Shown one piece after another: positions 9,601 to 19,932 of a DNA stretch of 64,000 nt. The notes under the pieces are model-generated. The model worked only from the letters and a program-made list of their open reading frames with translations, was not told where the DNA came from and did no database searches. Source of the DNA: Candidatus Latescibacterota bacterium (GTDB lineage Bacteria; Latescibacterota; UBA2968; GCA-2709665); the NCBI GenBank assembly GCA_965222075.1, contig OZ244937.1:3616001-3680000 (forward strand). Reading direction: 5' to 3'. Each line of letters begins with the position of its first letter. The stretch's first letter is position 1. A program made the translations under genes and the position numbers.

Positions 9601-9653
9601 AATGCAGGTCCAGGAGGTGGTATCGGCATACTGGTGTCCCATCACAGGAGATA

Positions 9654-12485
9654 GTGATCATGTACATCAGATTCCCATGCTTTCGGATTACGGTTTCCCT
9701 TATCGTCTTCTTCATAACCGTAGCGCGCATTGCCGAGGCGCTTGTACAGGATGCCGAAGACCCCGACGAAGAGGAGATAGTCTACGAACTCGAACCGATT
9801 ACGGTGACCGGCTCCCGTATCAAAAGCGAAGAGACTCGTTCGCCTGCCCCGGTCGTCATCCTGTCCAGGGAGGAAATCAAGGCCCAGGGCCTGGCTTCAA
9901 TCGGAGACGTGCTGCAAACCCTCACCGTGCAGTCCAATGCCATCAACACCCAGGCTAACAACGGTGGAGACGGCTCTACCCGCGTAAATCTCCGCGGACT
10001 CGGTTCCCATCGAACCCTGGTGCTGGTCAACGGCCGTCGCTTCGTGCCGGGCGGTGTTGGCGCGAATTCATCCGTTGACCTGAATTCCATTCCCGCCTCC
10101 GCCGTCGAACGCGTCGAGGTGCTCAAGGACGGCGCCTCGGCTGTGTATGGCTCGGACGCCATCGGGGGTGTGGTCAACATCATCACAAGGTCGGAGATGG
10201 AGGGGCTGGAAGTCGAATTCTACGAGGGCGTTTCAGGCACGGGCGACGGCGAAGCGCTCGATTTCAGCGCAACCGCCGGTCTGAAGAGCGAAAAGGGCAG
10301 CATCTTATTTTCGGCCGGCTACCACAACCAGAAACCCGTCTGGACCGGCGACCGTAGTTTCAGCGCATCGGATAAGACCTACGACTGGGAGAAGAACGAC
10401 GGGACCTTCACCACCAGCGGCAGCTCGGCGACCCCGGAAGGCCATATCATCGACCACCTGGGGGAGGAGGGCAACGAAGCCTGGCAGGCAGTGGTCGCGG
10501 CTGCCGGTGAAGACACCGGCGATTATCACCGCGCCCCAAACGCGGGCTGGCGCCCCTTCAACTGGGCGGGCAACTCCTCGGACGGCAGTGGCGACCTGTA
10601 CAATTACCAGCCGGAAAATTATCTCTACACGCCGCAGACGCGATACACCACCTTTCTCAGCGGTTCTTATGAATTTGCAGAGGAGGCGAAAACCTTTTTC
10701 GAGGTATCCTACACCAATCGGCAATCCGATCAGAAACTGGCCCCGACCCCCCTCTTCATCCTGAGCGAGGCCCTCACGTTATCGGCCACCAACAGATACA
10801 ATGCGTTTGGCCGCGATTTTATCGACGTCCGCCGTCGCTTCGTCGAAGCGGGCAATCGTAATTTCCTTCAGGATATCAACACCTATCGTATCGTACTGGG
10901 CCTGGAATATCGGCTTCCGGGCTTCGACACAAATCTGTCTTATTCCTACGGTCGCAGCGAGGGGACGAGTATCAACCAGGGCCGATTCATCCGTAGCAAT
11001 CTTGCCCAGGCGCTGGGGCCGGACGCGGATTGCACCGATGACTGCGTGCCTCTCGATCTGCTACACGGCGCCAACACCATTACACCGGAGATGCTGGACT
11101 ATATCCAGTATACCGGTATCGCCAGAGGCTATTCCAAGCAGAAGATCCTTCAGTGCAACCTGACCGGAGAGATCGCGCAACTACCGGCCGGCCCGCTGGC
11201 CGTGGCTGCGGGCGTGTCTTCTCGCTGGGAGGCGGGGTCCTATATTCCCGATCCGGTAACCGCATCGGGAAATACCACCGGTAGTAAGGAAGAATCCACC
11301 GAAGGCGCCTATTCGGTCAGGGCTGTGTACGCGGAGACCAATCTGCCACTGTATGAAGCGGAAGCATTTGATCTTGATCTGACGGCTGCCGGCCGCGCCT
11401 TCAATTACGACACCTTCGGTACGGGCTTTACCTACGAAGCAGGTACGCGCCTCGAACTTCCCCAGGGGCTGACGTTTCGGGCCACGTTCTCCAATGCGTT
11501 TCGTGCCCCCGGCATCGCCGAAATGTTCCTCGGTGAAAGCGACACCTTCCCGATGGTAAGCGATCCCTGTAGCGTGGTAGACGAAGCGGGCAATACCCGG
11601 GCGTTGACCGCTCAGCAAAAGCGAAATTGCGCCGCTGCGGGCATCCCGGCCGATTTCCAGGACTCGCGGGCACAGCTCAGAGCCAAGGTGGGTGGCTCTA
11701 CGGACCTCGATCCGGAGAAAGCCGCCATGATCACGGCAGGTCTGGTTTACCAACCGGGCTTTCTGGAAAATCTCGATATTACGGTAAGTTACTACACCAA
11801 CACGATCGACGATGTGATCGGTGCACTACCCGCCGGCCTCATCTTAAGCAACTGCTACTCGCAGGACACGCCGTCCTACTGCAATCAAATCGTGCGAGAC
11901 CCGAACACGAAGCTGATTACCAATATCCTGTCACGCGGTGCCAACCTTGGGGAAACCGAAACCAGCGGCCTGGATATTGAATTCGATTACATTGCCGATT
12001 CGCCACTGGGCACCGTCTCCGCGCAGATGGAAAGCAACCTGCTCGTGAAATACGAACAAATGCTGCCGTCAGCCAGCGGTCTTGAGTTGATCAAGGGCAG
12101 GGGGTACTACGATTTAGGCGTGTTCCCCAGATGGCGTCATGCCGCTTCTGTTGGCCTGAGGCGGCAGCGAGCCTCGGTTGGTCTAACCTGGCAGTACGTC
12201 GGCGGCTTCCTGGAGTGCGAAGATGACGATTGCAAGGGCCTGTATCGCTCGGACGTGGCGGAAAGACCGAAAAGCCGCAAGGTCAACCCGAACAGTACCT
12301 TTCGTCTGCACGGATCATACAGACTGGTGACACGCATTGGAATTTCCGTACTGACCATCGGAATGAACAACGTCTTCAATCAGACTCCAGCGGTGATATA
12401 CAATGGCTTTCTCGGCACTTCGGATGCCAGCACCTACGACTTCATGGGAAGGTATCTGTACCTGCGTCTATCTCATTACCTGTAA
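9654..12485 (+). CDS. TonB-dependent receptor
   Basis: TonB box EPITVTGSR, plug motifs VNLRGLGSHRTLVLVNGRR and ERVEVLKDGASAVYGSDAIGGVVNIIT, barrel end GRYLYLRLSHYL. Confidence 0.95.
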   Translation: MIMYIRFPCFRITVSLIVFFITVARIAEALVQDAEDPDEEEIVYELEPITVTGSRIKSEETRSPAPVVILSREEIKAQGLASIGDVLQTLTVQSNAINTQANNGGDGSTRVNLRGLGSHRTLVLVNGRRFVPGGVGANSSVDLNSIPASAVERVEVLKDGASAVYGSDAIGGVVNIITRSEMEGLEVEFYEGVSGTGDGEALDFSATAGLKSEKGSILFSAGYHNQKPVWTGDRSFSASDKTYDWEKNDGTFTTSGSSATPEGHIIDHLGEEGNEAWQAVVAAAGEDTGDYHRAPNAGWRPFNWAGNSSDGSGDLYNYQPENYLYTPQTRYTTFLSGSYEFAEEAKTFFEVSYTNRQSDQKLAPTPLFILSEALTLSATNRYNAFGRDFIDVRRRFVEAGNRNFLQDINTYRIVLGLEYRLPGFDTNLSYSYGRSEGTSINQGRFIRSNLAQALGPDADCTDDCVPLDLLHGANTITPEMLDYIQYTGIARGYSKQKILQCNLTGEIAQLPAGPLAVAAGVSSRWEAGSYIPDPVTASGNTTGSKEESTEGAYSVRAVYAETNLPLYEAEAFDLDLTAAGRAFNYDTFGTGFTYEAGTRLELPQGLTFRATFSNAFRAPGIAEMFLGESDTFPMVSDPCSVVDEAGNTRALTAQQKRNCAAAGIPADFQDSRAQLRAKVGGSTDLDPEKAAMITAGLVYQPGFLENLDITVSYYTNTIDDVIGALPAGLILSNCYSQDTPSYCNQIVRDPNTKLITNILSRGANLGETETSGLDIEFDYIADSPLGTVSAQMESNLLVKYEQMLPSASGLELIKGRGYYDLGVFPRWRHAASVGLRRQRASVGLTWQYVGGFLECEDDDCKGLYRSDVAERPKSRKVNPNSTFRLHGSYRLVTRIGISVLTIGMNNVFNQTPAVIYNGFLGTSDASTYDFMGRYLYLRLSHYL

Positions 12486-12597
12486 ACAGAGGCACGCCGT
12501 ATCAGTTCCCGGAGCCGGATGACGGTTTATTGGATCTGTCGTCTCGCCAGGACGGCGCAGTCCAGGTGTTGAACCAGTTCCATCAGGGCCGGTCTTC

Positions 12598-12735
12598 GCC
12601 AAGTTGCCCCTATCCGGCTTTATCATTCTGGGGCTGTTGATTGTACAATTCAACTCCTTCCGCAAGACCTTTATCATCCTGAGCACTATTCCTCTTGGCC
12701 TGATCGGGGTCGTGTTCGGACTGCTCGTGTTCCGC
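12598..12735 (+). pseudogene. Internal remnant of an RND (AcrB-family) transporter
   Basis: LLIVQFNSFRKTFIILSTIPLGLIGVVFGLL resembles the C-terminal TM region of AcrB-family permeases. Confidence 0.7.
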
Positions 12736-12855
12736 TTATGGCACAGGTTTCCTCGCAGGCTTAAGGCCCGGTACGATGGGTTGGTTCGCTGTGCGCGCAC
12801 ACACGGGAGGGAGATTTTCACCGCGCGGTACTGACAGGACGCCCTCACGCTTATT

Positions 12856-14070
12856 ATGAAACCAAAGCATTACACTATAACCCCCAACCTCCGTCCCCGC
12901 CTGCGCGCCGCGGGGTTGGTGCTGCCGCTACTGGCCTTCATCGGCTTCACCTTTGTCGCGCCGCTGGCGACGATGCTGGTGCGCAGCGTGTACGACCCGG
13001 TGGTCGCCGATGTCCTGCCCCAAACTCTGGCCCTGTTGAGCCAATGGGACGGAGTGAGCGCCCCTGGCGAGGCGGTGTACGAATCGGCCGCACGCGAACT
13101 CCTGCAAGCGCGCGAGGAACGGACCCTCGGTCAGGTCGCCAGCCGCGTCAACCGCGTGCGCGGCGGGTTGCGCAGCGTGTTGACGCGTAGCGCGCGGAGG
13201 CTCCGCCGCATTCACCAGGGGCCCTGGCGCGACGCCATGATCGGCGTAGACGCCGCCTGGGGCGATGCGCAGACCTGGCACGCCATCCGCAGCGCCGGGG
13301 AGCGTTTCACCGCGCGGCACTATCTGAACGCCCTCGACCTGCAAGGCCGGCCCGACGGCGCCATCGCCCGCCAACCCGAAGAGCGCCGCATCTACCTGCC
13401 CCTGTTGTGGCGCACCCTGGGGGTGAGCCTGAGCATTACCGCCCTGTGCCTGCTGCTCGGCTATCCAATAGCGCACTTGATCGCGCACGCGCCCCCGCGT
13501 CTTGGCAACCTGCTCCTGATCCTCGTGCTCATTCCCTTCTGGACGTCGCTGCTGGTGCGGACGACGTCCTGGATCGTGTTGCTCCAGACCCAGGGCGTGC
13601 TCAACGACGTGCTCGTGGCGCTGGAGCTGATCGGCGATGACGGCCGGCTCGCCATGATCTACAACATGACCGGCACGTTGGTGGCGATGACCCACGTGCT
13701 GCTGCCCTTCATGATTCTACCCCTCTACTCAATCATGCGCGCCATCCCGCCGCTCCAGATGAGCGCCGCGGCCTCGCTGGGCGCAAGTCCCTTTCAGGCG
13801 TTCTGGCGCGTGTACTGGCCGCAGACCCTGCCCGGCGTGAGCGCGGGATCGCTGCTGGTGTTTATCCTCGCCATCGGCTACTACATCACCCCCGCGCTGG
13901 TGGGCGGCAGCAGCGGGCAACTCATTTCCAACATGATCGCCTACCACATGCAGACCTCGCTCAACTGGGGTCTCGCCGCGGCGCTCGGCGGCATCCTGCT
14001 GGCGTGCGTGGGCGCGCTCTATTTGCTCTACGACCGCGTGGTCGGCATCGAGCGGATGAGGTTGGGCTGA
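12856..14070 (+). CDS. Polyamine-type ABC transporter permease (PotB-like)
   Basis: LLLGYPIA, IPFWTSLLVRT, AAASLGASP EAA-loop equivalent, GYYITPALVGG. Confidence 0.9.
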   Translation: MKPKHYTITPNLRPRLRAAGLVLPLLAFIGFTFVAPLATMLVRSVYDPVVADVLPQTLALLSQWDGVSAPGEAVYESAARELLQAREERTLGQVASRVNRVRGGLRSVLTRSARRLRRIHQGPWRDAMIGVDAAWGDAQTWHAIRSAGERFTARHYLNALDLQGRPDGAIARQPEERRIYLPLLWRTLGVSLSITALCLLLGYPIAHLIAHAPPRLGNLLLILVLIPFWTSLLVRTTSWIVLLQTQGVLNDVLVALELIGDDGRLAMIYNMTGTLVAMTHVLLPFMILPLYSIMRAIPPLQMSAAASLGASPFQAFWRVYWPQTLPGVSAGSLLVFILAIGYYITPALVGGSSGQLISNMIAYHMQTSLNWGLAAALGGILLACVGALYLLYDRVVGIERMRLG

Positions 14071-14071
14071 G

Positions 14072-14896
14072 ATGGCGTCCGGGGGAAGGCGGGAACGCAT
14101 CGGCCGCTTTTTCTATCTGGCGTTCTGCGTGGCTGTGTTCTCGTTTCTGGTTGCGCCGATCCTGGTGATCGTGCCGTTGAGCTTCAACGCCGAGCCTTAC
14201 TTCACCTTCACCGAGGGCATGTTGCGCCTGGATGCGGAGGCGTATTCGTTGCGTTGGTACCGGCAGATCGTCGAAGACGAGGTATGGACGCGCGCGCTGT
14301 TTAACAGCCTGATCATCGGCGTCGCCTCCACGGCGCTGGCGACCGCGCTGGGCACGCTCGCCGCGCTGGGGCTGTCGAGCCCGGCCATGCCCGGCCGCCG
14401 CCTGGCGATGGGGTTGCTGATCTCGCCGATGGTGACCCCGGTGATCATCTCGGCGGCGGGCATGTTCTTCTTCTACTCGAGCCTGGGCCTGGCTCAGACC
14501 CACATCGGTTTGATCCTGGCGCACGCCGCGCTGGGCACGCCGTTCGTCGTGATCACGGTGACCGCCACGCTGTCCGCTTTCGATACAAACCTGACGCGCG
14601 CGGCCGCCAGCCTGGGTGCCGGACCGCTGCGCACCTTCCGCCGCGTGCAACTGCCGCTGATCGCGCCTGGGGTCGTCTCCGGGGCGCTCTTCGCCTTCGC
14701 AGCTTCTTTCGACGAAGTGGTCGTAGTGCTCTTCATGGCCGCCATTGAACAGCGCACGATCCCGCGCCAGATGTGGGCCGGCATCCGAGAGCAGATCAGC
14801 CCGACCATCCTGGCGGTGGCGACGTTCCTGATCGTCTTTGCCGTGTTGCTGCTCTTCACCGTCGAATGGATTCGGCGGCGTTCGGCGTCGGCTTGA
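14072..14896 (+). CDS. Polyamine-type ABC transporter permease (PotC-like)
   Basis: PILVIVPLSFN, YSLRWY, RAAASLGA, SFDEVVV. Confidence 0.9.
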   Translation: MASGGRRERIGRFFYLAFCVAVFSFLVAPILVIVPLSFNAEPYFTFTEGMLRLDAEAYSLRWYRQIVEDEVWTRALFNSLIIGVASTALATALGTLAALGLSSPAMPGRRLAMGLLISPMVTPVIISAAGMFFFYSSLGLAQTHIGLILAHAALGTPFVVITVTATLSAFDTNLTRAAASLGAGPLRTFRRVQLPLIAPGVVSGALFAFAASFDEVVVVLFMAAIEQRTIPRQMWAGIREQISPTILAVATFLIVFAVLLLFTVEWIRRRSASA

Positions 14897-14987
14897 GCGA
14901 CCCGGGCGACGCGCCTGGCATGGCTCGACGGCTTTTTTAGCTTATATTCAATTACCCATCGATACATAATGTCCAAAGGCCACCGGA

Positions 14988-16094
14988 ATGCACCGAAACA
15001 ATAGCGCGTACGTCCAATTCGAGCGCGTCAGTAAGAGCTTCGACGGCCGGACCCTGGTCATCGACAACCTGGATCTCAGCGTCCGCAAGGGGGAGTTTCT
15101 AACCTTGCTCGGGCCGTCCGGGTCGGGCAAGACGACCTGCCTGATGATGCTCGCAGGCTTCGAAACGCCCACATCGGGCGCCATCCGCATTGACGGCCGC
15201 TCCGTACACGCACTGCCCCCGCGCAAGCGCGGCATTGGCATGGTATTTCAGAACTACGCGCTGTTCCCGCACATGACGGTGGGCCGCAACCTCGCCTTCC
15301 CCCTGGAGGTGCGCGGGCTCGACCGCGAGCAGTGCCGCGAACGCGTGGCGCATGCCCTGCATCTGGTGCGCCTCGACGGGCTGGAGGACCGGCGGCCAGC
15401 ACAACTCTCCGGCGGCCAGCAGCAGCGCGTTGCGATCGCCCGCGCGCTGGTATTCGAGCCCGATCTGGTGCTGATGGACGAACCGCTCGGCGCGCTCGAC
15501 CGACGCCTGCGCGAGGAGATGCAGTACGAAATTCGGCGCATCCACAAGAGCCTGGGCGTAACCGTGGTGTACGTCACCCACGACCAGCAGGAGGCGATGG
15601 TCATGTCGGACCGGATCGCCGTGCTGCGCGGAGGAGACATTGAGCAGATCGCCGGACCCGAGGCCCTCTACGAAGAGCCGAAGCGCTCGTTCGTAGCCCG
15701 CTTCATCGGCGAAAACAACCGCCTCCACGGCCGGGTGACAAAAGTGGAAGGGGACATCTGCGAAGTGGAGACCGGCGGTCAAATCATCCGGGCGTTGCGC
15801 GTGGCGCCGTGCCAGTCCGGCGACGCCATCACGCTCTCGATCCGTCCGGAGCGCGTCGCCATTTCGCCCGAGCCGGGCCTGTACACCAACGAACTCGACG
15901 CAAAAATCGAGGATATCACCTTTTTGGGCGACCACTTGCGGCTTCGCATAAGCGTGTGCGGCCGCTCGGATTTCATCGCCAAAATACCCAATATCGTGGG
16001 GCACGGTGCCAAGCTGGAAGGCGACCGAGTCCGCATCGGTTGGACACCGACAGACTGCCGGGTGTTGGACCCGGACGAGGAGGACACGACATGA
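14988..16094 (+). CDS. Polyamine-type ABC transporter ATPase (PotA-like)
   Basis: Walker A GPSGSGKT, LSGGQQQRVA, LMDEP, C-terminal TOBE-like region. Confidence 0.93.
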   Translation: MHRNNSAYVQFERVSKSFDGRTLVIDNLDLSVRKGEFLTLLGPSGSGKTTCLMMLAGFETPTSGAIRIDGRSVHALPPRKRGIGMVFQNYALFPHMTVGRNLAFPLEVRGLDREQCRERVAHALHLVRLDGLEDRRPAQLSGGQQQRVAIARALVFEPDLVLMDEPLGALDRRLREEMQYEIRRIHKSLGVTVVYVTHDQQEAMVMSDRIAVLRGGDIEQIAGPEALYEEPKRSFVARFIGENNRLHGRVTKVEGDICEVETGGQIIRALRVAPCQSGDAITLSIRPERVAISPEPGLYTNELDAKIEDITFLGDHLRLRISVCGRSDFIAKIPNIVGHGAKLEGDRVRIGWTPTDCRVLDPDEEDTT

Positions 16095-17191
16095 AGGACA
16101 TGCGGAAGAAGACAGTTCGTATTGCGGCGCTGGTGGCTCTGGCCATGCTGATGGTGGGCCGCGCGGTTGCCGATGACCAATCGCTGACGGTGGTTTCCTG
16201 GGGCGGTTCCTATGCGCGCGCGTGCGTCAAGGGCTACCACGAGCGGTTCATCGCCGAAACGGGCATTGCGATCAACCTGGAAGACTACAACGGCGGGCTG
16301 GCGCAGATTCGCGCGCAGGTCGACGTGGGCAACGTGTACTGGGACGTGGTCGACCTGGAAATCCCCGACATGGTGCGCGGCTGTGACGAGGGCCTGCTGG
16401 AACGGGTTGCGGTCGACTCGCTGGCAGCGGGCGTCGACGGAACGCCGGCGGCAGAGGACTTTGTCCCTGGAACGGTGACGGAGTGCGGCCCGGCCACAAT
16501 ATTCTACTCCACCGTATACGCCTACAACAAGAAGCATATCCCGGGCGAGAAACCCACCACCATGGCCGACTTCTTCGATCTGGAGAAATTTCCGGGGCGC
16601 CGTGGCATGCGGCGCTCGCCTCTGGTGAACCTGGAGTTTGCGCTGATGGCCGACGGTGTGCCGGTCGACTCGATTTACGCCACGCTCGACACGCCCGGGG
16701 GCGTGGACCGCGCCTTCCGCAAGCTGGACACCATCAAAGAGCACGTCGTGTGGTGGGAGGCCGGTGCGCAGCCCCCGCAGATGCTGGCCGACGGGGAGGT
16801 GGTGATGAGCACGGCCTACAACGGGCGCATCTTCAATGCCCAGGTGCTGGAAAACCAGCCCTTTGTCATTGTGTGGGACGGCCAGGTCCTCGACACGGGC
16901 GGGCTCGCCATTGTCGCGGGAACGCCCAATCTCGAAGCGGCGCGGAAGTTTGTCGCGTTTGCCTCAACGGCCCAGTCCATCGCCGACCTCGGTCGGTACA
17001 TTTCCTACGGCCCGACGCGCCGCTCCGCGATGCCGCTGATATCGACGCACGCCGAGAAGGGCGTGGACATGACCCCGCACATGCCCACCAGCCCGCAGAA
17101 TGCGAAGCGCGCCCTGCACAACGACTGGGAATGGTGGAGTGACCACGGAGACGAAATGAACGAGCGCTTCAGCGCCTGGCTGGCCCGGTGA
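16091..17191 (+). CDS. Polyamine-type ABC substrate-binding protein (PotD/PotF-like)
   Basis: ATG at 16091 overlaps the ATPase stop (ATGA); signal peptide, LTVVSWGGSY, LEFALMADGV, TAYNGR. Confidence 0.9.
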   Translation: MKDMRKKTVRIAALVALAMLMVGRAVADDQSLTVVSWGGSYARACVKGYHERFIAETGIAINLEDYNGGLAQIRAQVDVGNVYWDVVDLEIPDMVRGCDEGLLERVAVDSLAAGVDGTPAAEDFVPGTVTECGPATIFYSTVYAYNKKHIPGEKPTTMADFFDLEKFPGRRGMRRSPLVNLEFALMADGVPVDSIYATLDTPGGVDRAFRKLDTIKEHVVWWEAGAQPPQMLADGEVVMSTAYNGRIFNAQVLENQPFVIVWDGQVLDTGGLAIVAGTPNLEAARKFVAFASTAQSIADLGRYISYGPTRRSAMPLISTHAEKGVDMTPHMPTSPQNAKRALHNDWEWWSDHGDEMNERFSAWLAR

Positions 17192-17423
17192 GGGAGGATT
17201 CCATAAGTTAAGCAACCAGAAATCTCCCGGCTTAAAAGCGGTAAGTTTTCCCATTACAGCGTCGAACGGCTGATGCGGTTCCTTGAACGCCTCAAGCATT
17301 CATGTTGCCTGTCCGGAGAGTGAAGGTGCCAAAAAGGTCATTGCGATATAGTCAGAAGCGGTTTCATAACTGGCTTTGCGGCCCCAGAGCGTGCCTGGGG
17401 GCCGTGGACAAGGAGCGTATGCG

Positions 17424-18251
17424 ATGAAGACGACGAATGCAGCCACAGATGTCCCGATTCAGGGCGAGCCGAGCCAGGTTCATCCCATGTCTGAGTACGA
17501 GAAATTTCTCTTTGACCTCAAGGGCTTTCTCGTCATTCCAGGTGTGCTCACCGACGAGGAAATTAGAACGGTGCGTAAGCACACGGAAATCCTGTTGAAA
17601 AACCCCGAAAGCCTGCCCGAGCACCACCGGGCGCCAATTGCCGGGCCAGCGGAATTTCTCATCGATCATCCAAGAGTCATGGGGCTCTTGCAGGCGGTGA
17701 TCGACCCAAAGCGTGAGCGCATTCGTCTGGAAAGCGTCTTTATTTCCGGCCGCTCCGTCGAAAACACCGAAAATCCGTGGCGGCCCCATGTGGGCGGGAC
17801 AAACCTCGACCCCTCGCTGTCCTACCGTTTTCACAACGGTCGAATCTACAGCGGGATGACGCGCATTGTCTGGGAACTGAACGAGGTCAAAAAGGGGAAG
17901 GGCGGCACATATCTGGTGCCCGGCTCGCATAAAGCCAATCTGGCTTCGGCCCAGGACGGGACGTGGCCGGAGGAAGCGGATGATCCGGACTCGGGGGTTT
18001 GGGAGACCTATGGATGTCCGCCGGGAAGTCTCATCATGTTCTCAGAAGGCGTGCGGCATTCCGGATCACCCTGGACAAACCCGGACCATCCCCGCCGCGC
18101 TATTCTCATTGCTTACAACCATGTGACGGTTCGGTTCCACGAGCCCAAACCCTGCATGAATCCGGAGGTGATCGGCGGCATGTCCAAAGCGCATCGGAAA
18201 TTCTTCCAGGACGTTTGGGTTCTGGGCAATGTTCGGCCAAAAAATAAGTAA
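17424..18251 (+). CDS. PhyH-family Fe(II)/2-oxoglutarate oxygenase with H-x-G at the first metal motif
   Basis: FLFDLKGFLVIPGVL, LVPGSHKAN, GVRHSGSPW, PRRAIL; AGGAG SD before ATG 17424. Confidence 0.85.
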   Translation: MKTTNAATDVPIQGEPSQVHPMSEYEKFLFDLKGFLVIPGVLTDEEIRTVRKHTEILLKNPESLPEHHRAPIAGPAEFLIDHPRVMGLLQAVIDPKRERIRLESVFISGRSVENTENPWRPHVGGTNLDPSLSYRFHNGRIYSGMTRIVWELNEVKKGKGGTYLVPGSHKANLASAQDGTWPEEADDPDSGVWETYGCPPGSLIMFSEGVRHSGSPWTNPDHPRRAILIAYNHVTVRFHEPKPCMNPEVIGGMSKAHRKFFQDVWVLGNVRPKNK

Positions 18252-18356
18252 GAAACACATAGATGCCTTAAAATCCTACCAGGTATCAGCCATCAATCTG
18301 TCCTCAGAAGAACTGGCAAAGGATCTCTCCGATGCCAGGAATCTGTAGTATCAATA

Positions 18357-19916
18357 GGGTGTAGGTTTTGATTTACGCAGCTTTTTTCAAAAAGAGGGAC
18401 CCCAAATCCGGGTACGAATGTATTTTTGGGTGTAACCACTTAAGCCCAAAACCCGGAAGGGGGTCCCAGATGGAAGATACACAGAATCTGAGTGCTTGTA
18501 TAGCGAAATTGCAAGAAAATGTCCTCCAGTGGGAGCAACACCTGCAGTCGGAGCAATCAGGACCAGAGGCATTCGGCGAGGTGATGGACGAGCTTCGAGC
18601 CTCTTTGGACGACATCGGTCGGGCCGGGTTCCAACACCTGGCGCAGGCCTGTGAGATCGCGGACGAGACGGTGGTAAGTGAGGATCGGGTATACCGATTC
18701 AAGCAAGTGGTCAACAAGGAGTGGATGACCCTGTGGGGCAAGGTTGTGATGCCACGACGGCTGTATCAGCACGATCGGGGCGGAGCAAGCCGGGTGCCTT
18801 TGGATGAGCGCTGCGGCATGGTGAATCGTTTCATGGTGCCAGCGCTGGAGCGCGTGACGGCCTTTCTGGGCGCCCGCCTGGTCCCGTCCGAAGTCGAGGA
18901 CAGCCTGCGTGAAGTGCTGCCCCAGCCGCCTTCCCGCACCGCGATTCAGCACCTGTTGACCACCGTCGGGCAGGGTGCTGAGGACGGCGCCGAAGCGCTG
19001 GAGTGGGCCTTGCAAGAGGCCGCGCCCCTAAATGCGGAGGGCGACACCTTGGTGGTGAGTTGGGACGGCGTCACCGTGCCCCTGCGCGAGCCAGCGCCCA
19101 AACGCGGACGCCCACCCCAACGACCGATGGCCACCCACACCCACACCGTGCCCACCGCTTGGAAGGAGGCGGGTGTGGGCATGGTCGCTACCTACCGGAC
19201 GCCGCTGCATCCAAAGACGGAAGAACCCCAACGCGTCGATGTGCGCTATGCCGCGCGTATGCCCCAAGCCAAGATGGAGACCCTGGTCAACGGCTTGGTG
19301 GACCAGACGGCAAAGGCCTTGAAGCAGGGGGGCTATGACCATCGAGTCGTGTTGGCCGACGGCAAACGAGCGATCTGGCATACTGTGGACCAGCAAAGTG
19401 TGTTCGACGGGTTCACCCGCATTCTGGACTTCTATCACGCGGCGCACCACCTGTCCAAGGCCGCCGAGTCCCTCTTCGGCAAGGCGACGACGAAAGCGGA
19501 TCGCTGGTACCGACGCTGGCGGCACAAATTGCGCCATTTACCCGATGCCATAAAGGGACTGATCCGCTCCCTGTCCTACCACCGCCGCAAACTGCGAAGA
19601 GGTTCGCAACGCTATCGCCAAGCAAGCGTCGAACTGGGCTACTTCCGCAACAACCAGGATAAAATGGAATACGCCCGCTACCATGCCTTGGGGTTGATCA
19701 TTGCCAGTGGCCCTGTGGAGGCCGCTGCCAAGACCCTCGTCGGCCACCGACTCAAACGCAGCGGTATGCGCTGGACGCGCAAGGGAGGCCAGCAGATTCT
19801 CAATCTACGAGTCCTCGTTCAATCGAAACGATGGGATGCTTTCTGGAACTGGTACCTGCTGCAAACCACACCTATAACAATTCACAGAATCGCAGCGTAA
19901 AAACGAGGCTACACCC
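18357..19916 (+). mobile_element. Complete IS, ISKra4-like, 1560 bp
   Basis: Imperfect terminal IRs GGGTGTAG...TTTACGC; 9-bp target duplication GTATCAATA at 18348-18356 and 19917-19925. Confidence 0.9.
18470..19900 (+). CDS. ISKra4-family transposase
   Basis: SWDG, LADGKRAIW, LDFYHAAHHL, IASGPVEAAAK, RLKRSGMRW. Confidence 0.9.
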   Translation: MEDTQNLSACIAKLQENVLQWEQHLQSEQSGPEAFGEVMDELRASLDDIGRAGFQHLAQACEIADETVVSEDRVYRFKQVVNKEWMTLWGKVVMPRRLYQHDRGGASRVPLDERCGMVNRFMVPALERVTAFLGARLVPSEVEDSLREVLPQPPSRTAIQHLLTTVGQGAEDGAEALEWALQEAAPLNAEGDTLVVSWDGVTVPLREPAPKRGRPPQRPMATHTHTVPTAWKEAGVGMVATYRTPLHPKTEEPQRVDVRYAARMPQAKMETLVNGLVDQTAKALKQGGYDHRVVLADGKRAIWHTVDQQSVFDGFTRILDFYHAAHHLSKAAESLFGKATTKADRWYRRWRHKLRHLPDAIKGLIRSLSYHRRKLRRGSQRYRQASVELGYFRNNQDKMEYARYHALGLIIASGPVEAAAKTLVGHRLKRSGMRWTRKGGQQILNLRVLVQSKRWDAFWNWYLLQTTPITIHRIAA

Positions 19917-19932
19917 GTATCAATACATCCCC

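Noticed and set aside
15809-16090. Long N-terminal extension of the substrate-binding protein in the ORF track
   Set aside because: It overlaps the ATPase; the signal peptide and SD fit ATG 16091.
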